Positions 62,276-64,000 of a stretch of 64,000 nt of DNA are shown here, piece after piece. How positions within the stretch are numbered: the stretch's first letter is position 1; the number at the start of each line of letters is the position of its first letter. The translations under genes and the position numbers were made by a program. The notes under the pieces were generated by a model. It did not search any database. It saw only the letters and a list, made by a program, of their open reading frames with translations, and was not told where the DNA came from. Source of the stretch: Asterias rubens (taxonomy: Eukaryota); the NCBI RefSeq assembly GCF_902459465.1, contig NC_047081.1:11656001-11720000 (forward strand), given 5' to 3'.

Positions 62276-62435
62276 GGGCCCATGCCCTAAGCTACCTACC
62301 CCAACCTTCTCCCACTTTAGCTGCATTCAGCTCCGACGCATCCGTAAACTGAAGTAAGGGCCCATGCCCCAATCTACCTACTCCCAACCTTCTACCTAGC
62401 TTGCATTCAGCTTAGACGCATCCATAAACTGAAGT
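62246..62435 (+). repeat. Tandem triplication (about 81 bp period) of the last ABCG2 codons and proximal 3' UTR
   Basis: cagctccgacgcatccgtaaactgaagtaa at 62246 and 62328; diverged copy at 62408. Confidence 0.9.
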
Positions 62436-63624
62436 GCCTACCATCAACATTCATCTGTGTAGGACGTAGGATAAAACTTATTCAAATAATTATTCTTAAT
62501 TCCCAATGCAATGACTACATCTTTTAACAATACTTAATACTCAAAGTAAAAAATAAAACCAGTGAACAAGAAAAAGTAACTGGAAATTGGCAGTGGATGT
62601 CAAGCTCATGAGAGGGAAAACTTTATGATGTAAATGTCAATATTATTGAAGAGAACTCTTCGAAAGAAGCTTTGAAGAATGTTTTCATCTCAACAAAATT
62701 GTTATGTACCTTTCAGATGCTATTTTGTAAAAGTGTTTTTATGAGAATAGGATTATGTTTACAAAGTATATTTTAGCAAAAATAGTTACTGTCTCTTTGA
62801 AATTTTAATAGTTTTAAGCAATGATGACTATTTTACAGTAATGTTTTAAAAGAAGAAAACTAATCCAAGCTGATGTGTATGACTATATTAAAGCTTCTAT
62901 CTCTCCCTGATTCTAGAGAAGTTCCCTGAAAATAAACCAATATTTCCAAGTTCTGACAACCTCCCTGCTAATGGAAACTTTTTTCCCTATTTTGTTGAAT
63001 GTAATTTTAAATGTTTCCTTGATTGTTTGATAAAAATGATAAAATAGACATCTTTTTTATCTGACAATTAACACCTGTTATCTCCATATTCTTTCCAAAA
63101 AGTTGACTTAATTGGATCATGCACAAACCAGTTGAGCTTCTGACGGCCCAAGGCAGACTAACTGCTGGACCATTAAGTTAATGTCCCAAAGTAATTCAAT
63201 GTAAATACAACCACCGGTGAAAAGGATGTTTAGTTCCGAGCAGAAATTTGTATATTTCAACATTTCATGCCATTGGCTTTTTAAGTCTGAATGACAGCAC
63301 AATTTTTATCCTAAGAATTTAAGTTTATAAAAATGTAATAAAATTAAAACTTTTATTAGTCACATTTGCCATTAAGATTAGTCGACAGGCATTGTAGAGA
63401 TAACTGTTCAGCTCAAAAACAAATATGGAGTATAGTCATAGTTGAAACTGTTTACATTATTCTGACTACGAAGTTAAGATAACACTATGCATTCTCCAGA
63501 AGACGGTCAGAGCACACTGACCAAAACGCCAAGCAAACCGGCTCTTCTCAGAGCCAGCACTACTCACAAAAGAGATTTTTACATGGTGTCACCGCAAACC
63601 TTTCTTACTTTTAGACTATGAATT

Positions 63625-63800
63625 TGGTGTGTGGTTCAAATCCCTGCCATGAAACTTTGTGTCCTTGAGCAAGACTCGTGCATCCTGGGTACTTGTTTAT
63701 TGCGAGGGCAGAGATGGTTCTTGTGGTTGATTTAGATTGGTGAGTTTGCACAGCACAGTCCTTACACTCCCAAGGGAGCTGAGATGGTTTTTAGGAATGA
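63625..63800 (+). mobile_element. SINE with B-box and gtgtccttgagcaagac central motif
   Basis: ggttcaaatccc B-box followed by the conserved-core motif common in metazoan SINEs; a reverse fragment lies near 59130-59200. Confidence 0.6.
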
Positions 63801-64000
63801 ACACTGCACATAGAATTAGATTTTGTTTTCAATTTAACACAAAGTTTATAACTTATTCGAACTTTATTTATAGGTTTACATGAATGTAATAAGCATCTTG
63901 TTATTATCTTATTATGCAATAAACATTCCAATTAACCTCAAGTAGAAATCTGTTTTAAATTTCTGTTTTTATTTCACTCTTATAATTAATTCTGCAGACA

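Overview
This is eukaryotic, AT-rich animal DNA with spliceosomal introns. The repeat families and gene content suggest an invertebrate deuterostome, most likely a sea star or other echinoderm (inference). There are no prokaryotic features, CRISPR arrays or rRNA genes. I reconstructed six intron-containing genes by hand from GT-AG junctions with consistent reading phase: (1) the 3' part of CCDC6 (+, 340-8216), with two tandem microexons; (2) a complete PPM1K/PP2Cm (-, 14407-11969); (3) an unnamed type I membrane protein with signal peptide, Frizzled CRD, mucin-like stalk, one TM helix and a YxNPxF-containing tail (+, 15898-26243), head-to-head with PPM1K; (4) a complete class I eIF4E (-, 35743-32172); (5) an unnamed SAM / Pro-Ser-Thr-rich / SAMD3-like-domain gene (+, 37486-40765), head-to-head with eIF4E; (6) a complete ABCG2-like half transporter (+, to 62275) with three candidate alternative first coding exons. 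Introns and intergenic DNA hold MITEs (several with TTAA target sites), tRNA-derived SINEs, truncated L2/CR1-type LINE ends, fold-back palindromes and minisatellites. Most short ORFs in the supplied track are artefacts. The most interesting items are the single-pass Frizzled-CRD protein, the three possible ABCG2 N-termini, the CCDC6 microexon pair, the SAMD3-like gene, the PPM1K-EIF4E-ABCG2 linkage shared with human 4q22-23, and a perfect 31-bp hairpin in the PPM1K/CRD-gene divergent promoter region. No database searches were run; comparisons with human proteins and loci are from recall and need checking.
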